From the NCBI RefSeq assembly GCF_039654945.1, contig NW_027361825.1:22754001-22818000 (forward strand): a stretch of 64,000 bases of DNA, given 5' to 3'. The position numbers and the translations under genes were made by a program. Below are positions 13,210-24,727 of this stretch, one piece after another. How positions within the stretch are numbered: the first letter of the stretch is position 1; every line of letters starts with the position of its first letter. This DNA comes from Dendrobates tinctorius (Eukaryota). Under the pieces are notes generated by a model, which was not told the DNA's origin, searched no databases, and saw nothing but the letters and a program-made list of their open reading frames with translations.

Positions 13210-14480
13210 GGAGCCAAGCGGAGCCATAAATATAAGGGAGAGAGAGTGGGAGCGGAGCCATATACACAGGGGAGGGAGAATGGGAGCGGAGCCATATATA
13301 CTAGGGAGGGAGAATGGGAGCCGAGCCATATATACTAGGGAGGGAGAATGGGAGCGGAGCCATATACACAGGGGAGGGAGAATGGGAGCGGAGCCATACA
13401 CACGGGAGGGAGAATGGGAGCGGAGCCATATACACAGGGGAGGGAGAATGGGAGCGGAGCCATATACACGGGAGGGAGAATGGGAGCGGAGCCATATATA
13501 TAAGGGAGGGAGAATGGGAGCGGAGCCATATACACAGGGGAGGGAGAATGGGAGCGGAGCCATGTATACTAGGGAGGGAGAATGGGAGCGGAGCCATATA
13601 TACAAGGGAGAGAGAGTGGGAGCGGAGCCATATATACAAGGGAGGGAGAGTGGGAGCGGAGCCATATATACTAGGGAGGGAGAATGGGAGCGGAGCCATA
13701 TATATAAGGGAGGGAGAATGGGAGCGGAGCCATATATACAGGGGAGGCCGGGAGACTGGGAGCGGAGCCATATATACAAGGGAGGCCGGGAGACTGGGAG
13801 CGGATCCATATATACAAGGGAGGCCGGGAGACTGGGAGCAGAGCCATATATACAAGGGAGGCCGGGAAACTGGGAGCGGAGCCATATATACAGGGGAGGG
13901 AGAATGGGAGCGGAGCCTTATATACTAGGGAGGGAGAGTGGGAGCGGAGCCATATATACAGGGGAGGGAGAATGGGAGTGGAGCCATGTATACTAGGGAG
14001 GGAGAATGGGAGCGGAGCCATATATACAAGGGAGGGAGAGTGGGAGCGGAGCCATATATACAAGGGAGGGAGAGTGGGAGCGGAGCCATATATACTAGGG
14101 AGGGAGAATGGGAGCGGAGCCATATATATAAGGGACGGAGAATGGGAGCGGAGCCATATATATAAGGGAGGGAGAATGGGAGCGGAGCCATATACACAGG
14201 GGAGGGAGAATGGGAGCGGAGCCATATACACAGGGGAGGGAGAATGGGAGCGGAGCCATATACACAGGGGAGGGAGAATGGGAGCGGAGCCTTATATACT
14301 AGGGAGGGAGAGTGGGAGCGGAGCCATATACACAGGGGAGGGAGAATGGGAGCGGAGCCATATATACAAGGGAGGGAGAGTGGAGCCATGTATACAGGAT
14401 GGGAGAGTGGAAGCAGAGCCAGGTATACAAGGGTGGGAGCGGAGCCATGTATACAAGGGTGGGAGCAGAGCCATGCATAC
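13210..14480. repeat. ~35-36 bp minisatellite inside the hAT element
   Basis: Tandem GGGAGGGAGAATGGGAGCGGAGCCATATATACAA variants. Confidence 0.95.
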
Positions 14481-14650
14481 ACCATGATTAAAAAATAATC
14501 AGCATGTATACAGTACTCCAGTACAATTTTTTCTAAGTGCTCAATGCTCCATTTCCTTGTAGGTTCCAATCATTATTAGCAGTGACAGTCATCAGTAGAA
14601 GTATCCATCTTTCAGCGTTAGGGGCCCACTACGCCTCCAACTCTTGTAAA

Positions 14651-16519
14651 ATGAGTAAAAAACAAACATTGCTAGAGAGCTTCTTTGAAAAGGGAGAAAG
14701 ACCTAATGATGAGACAGATGAAGACTCCATGACTGCAAAAAAAAAGAAAGCTGCATTTAAAAGAAAATACAATGAGTCCTACTTAAATTATGGGTTCATC
14801 GCAACAGGCGATTCAAACGCCCCAAGCCCACTCTGTGTGATATGTGGTGACCAGCTATCCAATGAGGCCATGAAGCCTTCAAAACTGGCTCGCCACTTAC
14901 AGACCAAGCACCCTGCATCAAAAGACAAGCCTTTGGAGTTTTTTGAAAGAAAAAAGCGTGAACATGAAGGACAGAAGAAATTATTGAAGGCCACCACATC
15001 AACAAATGTGTCTGCACTGAGAGCATCATTTTTGGTGGCTAACCGCATTGCTAAGGCTAAGAAGCCCTTCACTATTGGTGAAGAGTTGATCTTGCCTGCT
15101 GCTAAGGACATTTGCCACGAACTTTTTGGAGAGGCTGCAGTTAAAAATGTGGCACAGGTTCCTCTTTCAGCGACCACTGTCACTAGACGAATTAATGAAA
15201 TAGCAGAAGACGTCGAGGGACAGTTGTTAGAGAGGATTAATACGTCACCATGGTATGCAATCCAGGTTGATGAGTCTACTGATGTTGACAACAAAGCAAT
15301 GATGCTTGTTTATGTGCGATATATTTTCCAGGAGGATGTGCATGAGGATATGTTATGTGCATTATTGTTGGCAGCCAATACCACAGGTGCAGAACTATTC
15401 AAGTCTTTGGATGATTACATATCAGGAAAATTAAACTGGTCATTTTGTGTAGGTATATGCACGGACGGAGCAGCTGCCATGACTGGACGGTTTTCTGGTT
15501 TAACTACTAGGGTCAAACAGGTTGCATCTGAATGCGAGTCTACGCACTGTGTCATCCATAGAGAAATGCTGGCAAGCCGAAAAATGTTACCTGATCTTAA
15601 CACCGTTTTGCAAGATGTGATTAAAGTTATTAATCACATCAAAGCATACGCCCTTAACTCACGTCTGTTTGAGCAGCTCTGTGAGGAGATGGATGCGGAG
15701 CACAAGCGTCTTCTCTTACACACTGAAGTCAGATGGCTTTCTAAAGGTAGAGCACTGGCCAGAGTTTTTGAATTACGAGAACCACTTCATAGATTTCTTT
15801 TAGAAAAAGAATCACCACTTGCAGCACATTTCAGTAGTAAGGAATGGGTCACAAAACTTGCTTACTTATGTGACATATTCAACTTGTTGAACAAACTTAA
15901 TCTGTCAATTCAGGGGAGAATGACAACTGCCTTCAAGTTGGCAGATAAAGTTGCTGCATTTAAAGCCAAACTAGAAGTGTGGGGACGGCGAGTGAGAACA
16001 GGGATATTTGATATGTTTCAAATATTAGCAGGGATTTTGGAAGAGAGCGAGCCTGAACCTTCATTCTCCCAGCTAGTGCATGATCATCTATCTCAGCTTT
16101 CAGTACAGTTTGAGCATTACTTTCCAACCACAAAAGACCCACGAACTAGGAAGGAATGGATTCGCAACCCATTTGTGAACAAGCCAGGTGAATCGACCTT
16201 GTCCGTGCTTGAAGAAGACCAACTNNNNNNNNNNNNNNNNNNNNNNNNNNNNNNNNNNNNNNNNNNNNNNNNNNNNNNNNNNNNNNNNNNNNNNNNNNNN
16301 NNNNNNNNNNNNNNNNNNNNNNNNNNNNNNNNNNNNNNNNNNNNNNNNNNNNNNNNNNNNNNNNNNNNNNNNNNNNNNNNNNTTTCTGCAATGACAGCAG
16401 CAAAAACGAGATTACGGAGTAGACTGGACATAAGGAACACACTTCGGGTGTCGCTGTCTCCCATCACCCCTAGATGGGACCGTCTTGTTGGAGGAAAACA
16501 AGCCCAGTGCTCCTACTGA
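14651..16519 (+). CDS. hAT Charlie/Buster transposase (ZBED5/SCAND3-like family), ~622 aa, open through an N run
   Basis: BED finger C-x2-C...HLQTKH, VDESTD, CTDGAAAMTG, HCVIHRE, TEVRWLS and C-terminal RLRSRLD. No stop codons in the sequenced parts. Confidence 0.92.
   Translation: MSKKQTLLESFFEKGERPNDETDEDSMTAKKKKAAFKRKYNESYLNYGFIATGDSNAPSPLCVICGDQLSNEAMKPSKLARHLQTKHPASKDKPLEFFERKKREHEGQKKLLKATTSTNVSALRASFLVANRIAKAKKPFTIGEELILPAAKDICHELFGEAAVKNVAQVPLSATTVTRRINEIAEDVEGQLLERINTSPWYAIQVDESTDVDNKAMMLVYVRYIFQEDVHEDMLCALLLAANTTGAELFKSLDDYISGKLNWSFCVGICTDGAAAMTGRFSGLTTRVKQVASECESTHCVIHREMLASRKMLPDLNTVLQDVIKVINHIKAYALNSRLFEQLCEEMDAEHKRLLLHTEVRWLSKGRALARVFELREPLHRFLLEKESPLAAHFSSKEWVTKLAYLCDIFNLLNKLNLSIQGRMTTAFKLADKVAAFKAKLEVWGRRVRTGIFDMFQILAGILEESEPEPSFSQLVHDHLSQLSVQFEHYFPTTKDPRTRKEWIRNPFVNKPGESTLSVLEEDQXXXXXXXXXXXXXXXXXXXXXXXXXXXXXXXXXXXXXXXXXXXXXXXXXXXXXXSAMTAAKTRLRSRLDIRNTLRVSLSPITPRWDRLVGGKQAQCSY
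16225..16382. other. 158-nt N run (gap or masked sequence)
   Basis: Run of n characters. Confidence 1.
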
Positions 16520-17230
16520 TACATGGAAACAAGCCCAGTGCTCCCACTTCAAAACCTATGGTGAGTTGAGTCTCATTCACATTATAAATGTTATATTATG
16601 ATAAGTATGCACTGACTACTAAACCTGTCCATAGCCCCGCCCCCTTATGACCAAAGCCCCACCCCTGACACGCCTCCATTCTCGCCCTGCCGGGCCATGG
16701 AAGAATGGTCTTGCTTGAAGCCGGTCCCTGGTGCAAAAAAGGTTGGGGACCCCTGCTCTAGAGTCTCCCGTCCTTCCATAGGCCCCAATGTCAACAATTA
16801 TAAACTTGTATTGAGGGTCTACCAGAGCCAACAATACAACAGAAAAGTATTGTTTATAATTGAAGAATTGGGAGCCTGAGTTCGGCGGCTTACGCACCCT
16901 GATATGTTTGCCATCCAGGGCCCCAATACAATTTGGAAACTGGCAGTCCTCCTCAAACTCCCTTGATATCCTTAACCAGTCTTCCATCCTGGGCTCGGGC
17001 ATGACCACTTGATGGAGTCTTGTCCAGATTTCTGCACATGTAGACCTCACTATGCCTGAAATGGTTGATTTTCCTATGAGATACTCATGGTGGAGGGGGC
17101 ATAAGACAGGCCAGTGGACAGAAAGCTGTAGAACAACAGAAATAGTAAAGTTTAGAATGGCTAAAGTAAAAAAAAATCAGTTACATGCCGACCAAACTTG
17201 TTAGGAAATGAGAGAGAAGAACACACACAT

Positions 17231-18513
17231 ACGGTGCCACACAAAAGGTTGATACATAAAATGAGAACAATGGGGATAGGGGAAAATATGTGTAGGTGGG
17301 TTAAGAGCTGGCTCAGGGATAGGAAACAAAGGGTGGTTATTAATGGAGCACACTCGGACTGGGTCACGGTTAGCAGTGGGGTACCACAGGGGTCAGTTTT
17401 GGGCCCGCTTCTTTTTAACATATTTATTAATGACCTTGTAGGGGGCATAGAGAGTAGAATTTCAATATTTGCAGATGACACTAAACTCTGCAGGGTAATT
17501 AATACAGAGGAGGACAATTTTATATTACAGGAGGATTTATGTAAACTAGAAGCTTGGGCTGATAAATGGCAAATGAGCTTTAATGGGGATAAATGTAAGG
17601 TCATGCACTTGGGTAGAACGAATAAGTTGTATAATTATGTGCTTAATTGTAAAACACTGGGCAAAACAGTCACTGAAAAAGACCTGGGTGTATGGGTGGA
17701 CGACAAACTCACATTTAGTGGCCAGAGTCAAGCAGCTGCTGCAAAGGCAAATAAAATAATGGGATGCATTAAAAGAGGCATAGATGCTCATGAGGAGAAC
17801 ATAATTTTACCTCTATATAAGTCACTAGTGCGACCACACTTAGAATACTGTGTACAGTTCTGGTCTCCGGTGTATAAGAAAGACATAGCTGAACTGGAGC
17901 GGGTGCAGAGAAGAGCGACCAAGGTTATTAGGGAACTAGGGGGTCTGCAATACCAAGACAGGTTATTACACTTGGGGTTATTTAGTTTGGAGAATCGAAG
18001 GCTTAGGGGTGATCTTATTACAATGTATAAATATATGTGGGGACAATACAAAGACCTTTCTAATGATCTTTTTACTCTTAGACCTGTGACGGGGACAAGG
18101 GGGCATCCTCTACGTCTGGAGGAAAGAAGGTTTAAGCATACTCACAGACGCGGATTCTTTACTGTAAGAGCAGTGAGACTATGGAACTCTCTGCCATATG
18201 ATGTTGTAATGAGTGATTCACTACTAAAATTTAAGAAGGGACTGGATGCCTTTCTTGAAAAGTATAATATTACAGGGTATATACACTAGTCTCCTTAATA
18301 TTGCGTTGATCCAGGGAGCTAGTCTGATTGCCGTATGTGGAGTCGGGAAGGAATTTTTTTCCCCAATGTGAAGCTTACTGTTGCCACATGGGTTTTTTTT
18401 GCCTTCCTCTGGATCAACATGTTAGGGCAAGTTAGGATAGGATATGGGTTGAACTAGATGGACTTAAAGCCTCCCTTCAACCTTAATAACTATGTTACTA
18501 TGTTACTATGTTA
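17231..18513 (+). mobile_element. CR1 LINE, 5'-truncated (RT C-terminus to 18289 plus 3' UTR), in the Harbinger transposase intron
   Basis: SGVPQGSVLGPLLF, FADDTKL, LVRPHLEYC motifs; 3' (CTATGTTA)n octamer tail. Confidence 0.92.
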
Positions 18514-20179
18514 CATATTTGGTGGCACAATGACTAAGTGATATGCTGGACATATTAGATGTAACATTCTGCTGTGTCAGGTGAATCATATTTGGAGTAA
18601 GATGATGGCATTAAACTTTGTCCAAGAAGGCCAAAAAACATAATTTAGCACACACATTAGGAATATAGAGAATGTGGTTGGGTAGTACATACCGTATTGT
18701 GAGTAGAAGTCGCTCCTCTGCAGATATGGCTTTGCGCATCCTTGTGTCCTGAAAGGTTATCCCAGGGCGCACTGTCTCCAAGAGTCGATCAAATGTGGCA
18801 ATGCTCATGCGACAGTACTGGTAAAATTTCTCCGGATGCTCCCGCAGAGAAGAATAGAGGCGGTGAAAATGCCCTCTTGTGAGTCGTTGCCTCAAAAGTG
18901 GATGGACCCACATGCGTCTCCTCCTCCGCGGATCCACTATCACAGGATATGGTTGCCCAAAGCGCAATGACAAAAGCCAGGTAAAGAGAACCTGCTCAGT
19001 TGTATTGAATCGCAGACCCTCTGCCATGCTGCACAAAGAACACCAACACACCTCGTGAAAGCAAGGTGACAAATGTACAGAATGTAGGCATCCACCTGTT
19101 TCTGAGTGTCTAAATAGGGTGCAGGCTAATGATTTAAATTGTTTGCAGGCCTCAAAACCGTTAAATGTCCATTTTGCAAGGCTGCGAGAAAATCTCGCCA
19201 TACGGATTGCATACGGATGCCACATGGATTACATACGGATGCACACATGCGCAAAATACGCGACCTCACCTTGCTTACGGATGACCTACGGAGCACTATT
19301 TAGTGGCCATTCATCCGTATTACGCAAGTAAACTACGGACCGTATTTTGCGCAGGTTAGTGTGACTCCAGCCTAATAACACTACTCCTAACTCATAATAG
19401 AGAAAGAACAAATGAAGAGATCCATAAAATAATTATATTTATTTAAATCCAAAATTAAAAAACAACCAATATCTTGATAAAAAAGCAGAACGCCTCAAAA
19501 ACCAGGATCGGATAGCATCCACAGTAATATCCCTATATAGGTAATTCCATGCAAAGATATATTCCCAAACAATCACTATAGCCAATATAAATATATAATT
19601 AATCATAAATATACCAAATCTCTATAATAATATAAAGTGCAGTGCAAATAAATAATCAGAGATCAATTTATAGGTAGCAAAATTCTCAAAAATATAAATA
19701 TTAGACTAATAGAGAAGAGGAAAATAGAACAATAGAGAATTAATCCAACTTGAGTATGCTCATATGGACAGGTAACGCCATATTAAAAATATAAGGGAAG
19801 TCAGATGTCTCATAGAATAGGTTATAGTATGCAGCAAGCAAGTAGAATATCTAAGACCTGAAAACAATTAACCTTGTGTGGAACCCAGGACGGTGCACAC
19901 AACTCCACACAAGGTGAATCGTCCCCCGCCTGCCATCAGCGCTGACTCCCCCCGCGCCGCAGCGTTCAAAGCAATGATGAAGGAGAGAGCGTCACATGAC
20001 ACGCCCTCTCCCATCATTCTCCTCTGCCTCTGACACTGCGGGTGCGCGATGACGTCACTTCATCGCGAACCCACTGTGTGCCCCCGTTGAAAACGGATCA
20101 GAGCCTGGAGCAGCGCGGTGCACATGGAGAGGTGAAAATTGTGTTTTATATATATATATATATATCAGTGAGTACTGGA

Positions 20180-20368
20180 CTATGGGGCCATTTTATGGGG
20201 GGCTGTATTATATTCTTTGGGGGTATACCTTATATTCTATGGGGAGGTGGGCTGTATTATATTCTATGGGAGTACACTATATTCTATGGGGAGCTGGGTT
20301 GTATTATATTCTATGGGGGGTACATTATATTCTATGGGGAGGTGGGCTGTATTATATTCTATGGGGGG
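20180..20368. repeat. Minisatellite (TATTATATTCTATGGGG core), resuming at 27714-28050 and 35745-37045
   Basis: The same unit flanks the large LTR insertions. Confidence 0.85.
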
Positions 20369-21331
20369 TGTTCTGTCTCCAACATCTGATTTATAATCCT
20401 CGATTATCTGCTTGTTAATGTTTTCAGTGTTTCTGGCTCCCTCTAGTGACCAGAGTCATAACCGCAGTGTTATTGTGTTTTACTTTCACTTTGCTTGTAC
20501 TTTTCCCTCTGCTGCAGTGCATTCTGATAAGCTTTTGCAGTGCATTCTGGTAAGGTTGCAATGCATCCTGGTAGCCTTTGCAAAGGATTATGGTTAGTTC
20601 AGCCTCCATTTCCCCCCAGTTCTCCATTTTCCTTCTGCCTGTGTGGCACCCCTGAGGGTCCAGTCGCCACAGAGATGCTGCACCTCACCCAGAGGTGTAG
20701 TATCCTACAACCAGGTAAGGTCTGGAGACACCCGACCACATTCCATCCTACATCCCACACACACACCTAGTGTAGCAGAGCACCCTTTATGGCCCCTGCT
20801 TGGAACACGAAGAGTGCTGGGAGGTGGGCAGAGCGTAGATTGAGAGAGGGAGAATTATAGGAAGTAAGGTTGGACTCCCTCAGAGAGAGGGAAGGAGAAG
20901 GATGTGTCTGGAGCAACTCTAGAGATTAGAGGCTGCTGGACGGATTGGATTATAAGAAAGCTCCCAAAAGGAAAGGTGATTCTTCTGAGACACGGCTGGA
21001 GCATACTACCTGTGGCTCTTATCCACGCTGACTGACGTCAGGTGGAGGAAGAAACTGGTCGCAAAGGGTCACGGCCCCTAGCCTAGTGAGCGCACTTCAG
21101 GGCGCTACTAGCAAGCCGATAGCTGTGGTTACTGTACAGACCATAGCCCCTACCACAGTTACTCCGACTGCAAAGGCAGCTACATAGGATCACAGAAACA
21201 GAAGGGTGTTGTCTGACAGGATTCGCAGCTGCTGGCCTGGAACGATAATTGTGAAGTGCTGGAAAGGAAGGAAAGTGGAAAGCAGCATATTGTGTGGAGA
21301 TGGCCAAGAAAGGTACATACTGACAGGGAGT

Positions 21332-22237
21332 TGTTGTGAACTCATTTTCTGGTTTACCTCTGGCTTCTGGTGAGGGTGCTGGAGATGGCTGTGTTGACAA
21401 AGGAGTCGTGAGTTCTCCATCCGGGCTCCCTCTGGTGGTGACAGCAGGTAATGAAGCTGATCTAAATTGCAGAGTCCTGCCAGGAGGACTGTGAGTGGAC
21501 ATCAGGAGTCTCTGACTGGACTTAAGACAGCCGACTCCCTAATTTTGTGCTGGTGATTTTCTCCTGCCCTGAGTTTCTGGTTTCCAGTTCTGTTCCTGCC
21601 TTCTCAAGCTAAGTGTGTTCTGCTATTTTTCACATGAGATTTGGTCTGGTTTACTCAGTTTTTGTGGTCAGCCAGCCCCTGCTGGGGCTGTGCTGAATTT
21701 CCATTCTTATGTCTCTGTTTATGCCAGTTTGCTTTTTGTCCCTGATCAGATTGGTCTCTTTTTGCTCTGACTTCAGAATATACCAGAGTGCTGATATAGG
21801 GAATTGAAGTCTAGCGACTTCAGGGTTTTTGTTATCAGAAAGTGTTGGACATTTTTGGCAGGGTTTTGTGCGTGATTGCAGACAGCATCTTTCCTTTCCT
21901 GTCCTTTCTAGTTAGTGTGGGCCCCATCGTTTGCTCAGCCTATTTTTCTATCTGTGTTTGTGTTTTCATCATGTCTCACCGACAATATATGTTTGGGGGC
22001 TGTCTATTGCTTTGGGGTCTGCTCTGGGGCAGTTTAGATTTCCCCTTTTCTTGCTTTAGGCTTATTTAGTTCTCCGGCTGTGACGAGGCATCTAGGATCA
22101 TCAAAGGTACGCTCCACGGCTACTGCTAGTTGTGTGGATAGGATCAGGGGTCTGCAATCCGCTTAGTTACCAACCTCTCTGGTTTTCTGGGGCTTAGCTT
22201 GTTTTTGTTTTTCCTCCTCGGTGACTCATTCATAACA
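21332..22237 (+). mobile_element. Solo LTR copy A
   Basis: TGTTGTGAAC...TCATTCATAACA; GGGAGT on both flanks. Confidence 0.85.
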
Positions 22238-22788
22238 GGGAGTGCTGCAGGGGCGGACCTATCGCCTGTGCAGACGGTTCATTGAACGGGGGACCCGGGA
22301 GCCTCCTGCACCACATGGCTAATTATTCAGTTTTCAAATTAGCCATGTGGAGCGCAGGAGGAGAGGAGACATTGGGGGCAGGATTGGAGACATTGGGGGC
22401 AAGAAGGAGATGGGGCAGGATTGGAAACGGGACAGAATAGAGACAGGACAGGATTGGAGATAGGGTAGGATGGAGATGGGGCAGGGTGGAGATATTGAGG
22501 GTAGGATTGGAGACATTGGGGGCAGGATTGGAAACATTGGGGGTAAGATGAAGATGGGGCAGGATTGGAGACGGGACAGGATGGAGAAGGGGCAGGATTG
22601 GAGACAGGGCAGGACGGAGATGGGGCAGGATGGAGACATTGGGGGCAGGATTGGAGACATTGGGGCAAGATGGAGATGGGGCAGGATTGGAGATGGGACA
22701 GGATGGAGACAGGGCAGGACTGGAGACCGGGGCAGGATGGAGATGGGGCAGGATGGAGATGGGGCAGAATTAGAGACATTGGGGGCAA

Positions 22789-23614
22789 TGTTGTGAGTTC
22801 ATTTTCCCCTTCACCGTCGATGTCTGATGAACCCCCTCTTCTGGTGAAGGAAGGTAGTGAGGCTGATTACCAAACACCTGATCTGGTAGATGATGACTGG
22901 GTAACAGGAAATTCTGACTGGATATAAGGCAGCCGACGCCCTTCTGAGTCGCTGGTGGTTTCTTTGCTGGATTCTTGGAGACCAGTCTGATTCCTGCTTC
23001 CCAAAGATAAGTTTTTGCTCTGCTATTGAACTTATTAGTTTTGTTTTGTTTACCTTGTTTTTTGGAGTTCAGCCATCCCCAGTCGGGGGGGGTGCTGAGT
23101 TCCATTTTTGTCTCTGATCAGTTTGTCTCTTTGCTCTGTCTTCAGGATTTACCTGAGTGCTGATATAGTCTTTTTGAAGTCCTAGCGACTTCAGGGCCTG
23201 TTTTTCCTATCAGACGGTTGGGACATTTTTTGGTAGGGTTTTTTACGGATTGCAGACAGCAGCTTTTCTATCCTGTCCTTTTTAGTTAGCTTGGGCCCCA
23301 TCATTTGCTCAAGCTATCTTTCTATCTGTGTTAGTGTTTTTATCTTGCTTCACCGTCATTATATGTTGGGGGCTGCCTATTGCTTTGGGGTCTGCTCTGG
23401 GGCAGTTTAGATTTCCCCTTTCTTTCTTTAGGCCTATTTAGTTTTCCGGCTGTGATCGAGGGGTCCAGGGCATCGTAGGAACCCCCCACAGCTACTGTTA
23501 GCTGTTGTGGATAGGATCAGGGGTCTGCAATCCGATAGCTACAAACCTCTCCGGTTTTCTGAACTTAACTTGTATTTTTGTTTTTTTTCCTCCTTCAGTG
23601 ACTCATTCATAACA
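22789..23614 (+). mobile_element. Solo LTR copy B (same family as A)
   Basis: TGTTGTGAGTTC...TCATTCATAACA; flanks GGGCAA / GGGCAG. Confidence 0.85.
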
Positions 23615-23927
23615 GGGCAGGATTGTAGACATTGTGGGCAGGATGGAGATGGGGCAGGAAGGAGACGGGGGCTGGATGGAGACGGGGGCAAGATTGGAGA
23701 CATTGGGGGCAAGATGGAGACAGGGCAGGATTGGAGACATTGGGGGCTGGATGGAGACATTGAGGGCAGGGTGGAGACGTGGCAGGATTGGATACAGGGG
23801 GCAGGATGGCAGACCCAAGGGGCATGATTGGAGACACAGGGGCAGGACTGGAGACACGAGGCAGGACTGGAAACACGGGGGCCAGGATTGCGGGTACAGG
23901 GGGCATGATTGGCGACAAAGGGGGCAT

Positions 23928-24727
23928 TGTTATGAATGAGTCACCGTAGGAGGCAAAAACAGAAATACTAGCTAAGTCCAGAAAACCAGAGAAGTTGGCA
24001 GCTATCGGATTGCAGACCCCTGAACCTATCAACAACAACTAGCAGTAGCCGTGGGGGGTTCCTACGGTGCCCTAGACCCCTCGATCACAGCCGGAGAGCT
24101 AAATAGCCTAAAGACAGAAAGGGAAATCTAAACTGCCCCAGAGCAGACCCCAAAGCAGTAGGCAGCCCCCAACATATAATGATGGTGAAGCAAGATGAAA
24201 AAACACTCACACAGATAGAAAGATAGGCTGAGCAAATGATGGGGCCCAAGCTAACTAAATAGGACAGGATAGAAAAGCTGCTGTCTGCAATCCGCCCAAA
24301 ACCCTATCAAAACAAGAGCCAACAGACTGATAGGGAAAAAAGCCCTAAAGACGCAAGGCTTCAAAAAGACTATATCAGTACTCAGGTATTTTCTGAAGAC
24401 AGAGCAAAAAGGAATTCAGCTCACCCCAGCAGGGAATGGCAGAAATCCAGAAAAACAAGGCAAAACAAAACCAAAACACAAATGCAAAAAGCAGAGCAGA
24501 AAACTTAGCTTTTGAGGAGCAGGAATCAGACTGGTCTCCTAGAATCCCTCAGAGAAATCAACCGCAAGGCAGAAGGGCGTCGGCTGCCTTATATCCAGTC
24601 AGCAATTCCAGTCACCCAGTCATCATCACCCTGCACATGTGCTTGGTAATCAGCCTCACTACCTTCCTTCACCAGAAGAGGGAGTTCATCAGACCTCAAT
24701 GGTGAAGGGGAAAATGAACTCACAACA
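23928..24727 (-). mobile_element. Solo LTR copy C (inverted relative to A and B)
   Basis: TGTTATGAATGAGTCAC...GAACTCACAACA; flanks GGGCAT / GGGCAG. Confidence 0.85.

Larger units (their letters stand above)
12834..16755 (+). mobile_element. Autonomous-type hAT (Buster/Charlie; Charlie3/MER1-like) transposon
   Basis: Perfect 15-bp TIR CAGGGGTCCCCAACC; perfect 8-bp TSD CTCTAGAG (12826-12833, 16756-16763). Confidence 0.95.
12296..19027 (-). pseudogene. Harbinger (HARBI1-like DDE) transposase: exon 19027-18693, then exon 17125-16756 continuing at 12825-12296 after hAT removal
   Basis: Motifs MWVHP, YCRMS, ISAEERL, FPNCIGALDGKHI, FFNYK, LVADEAF, RRLVECSFG. 1-bp frameshift near 17095. Reading frame rejoins exactly across the hAT TSD (GDSR|VFNTS). 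Confidence 0.88.
8420..19372. mobile_element. Full-length PIF/Harbinger DNA transposon (MADF gene + transposase) with three nested insertions
   Basis: TIRs AGCCGGGGTCACACT / AGTGTGACTCCAGCC, TAA TSD at 8417-8419 and 19373-19375, two convergent genes. Confidence 0.9.

Noticed and set aside
13020-14569. Many long overlapping ORFs on both strands
   Set aside because: Translations of a minisatellite; low complexity, not genes.
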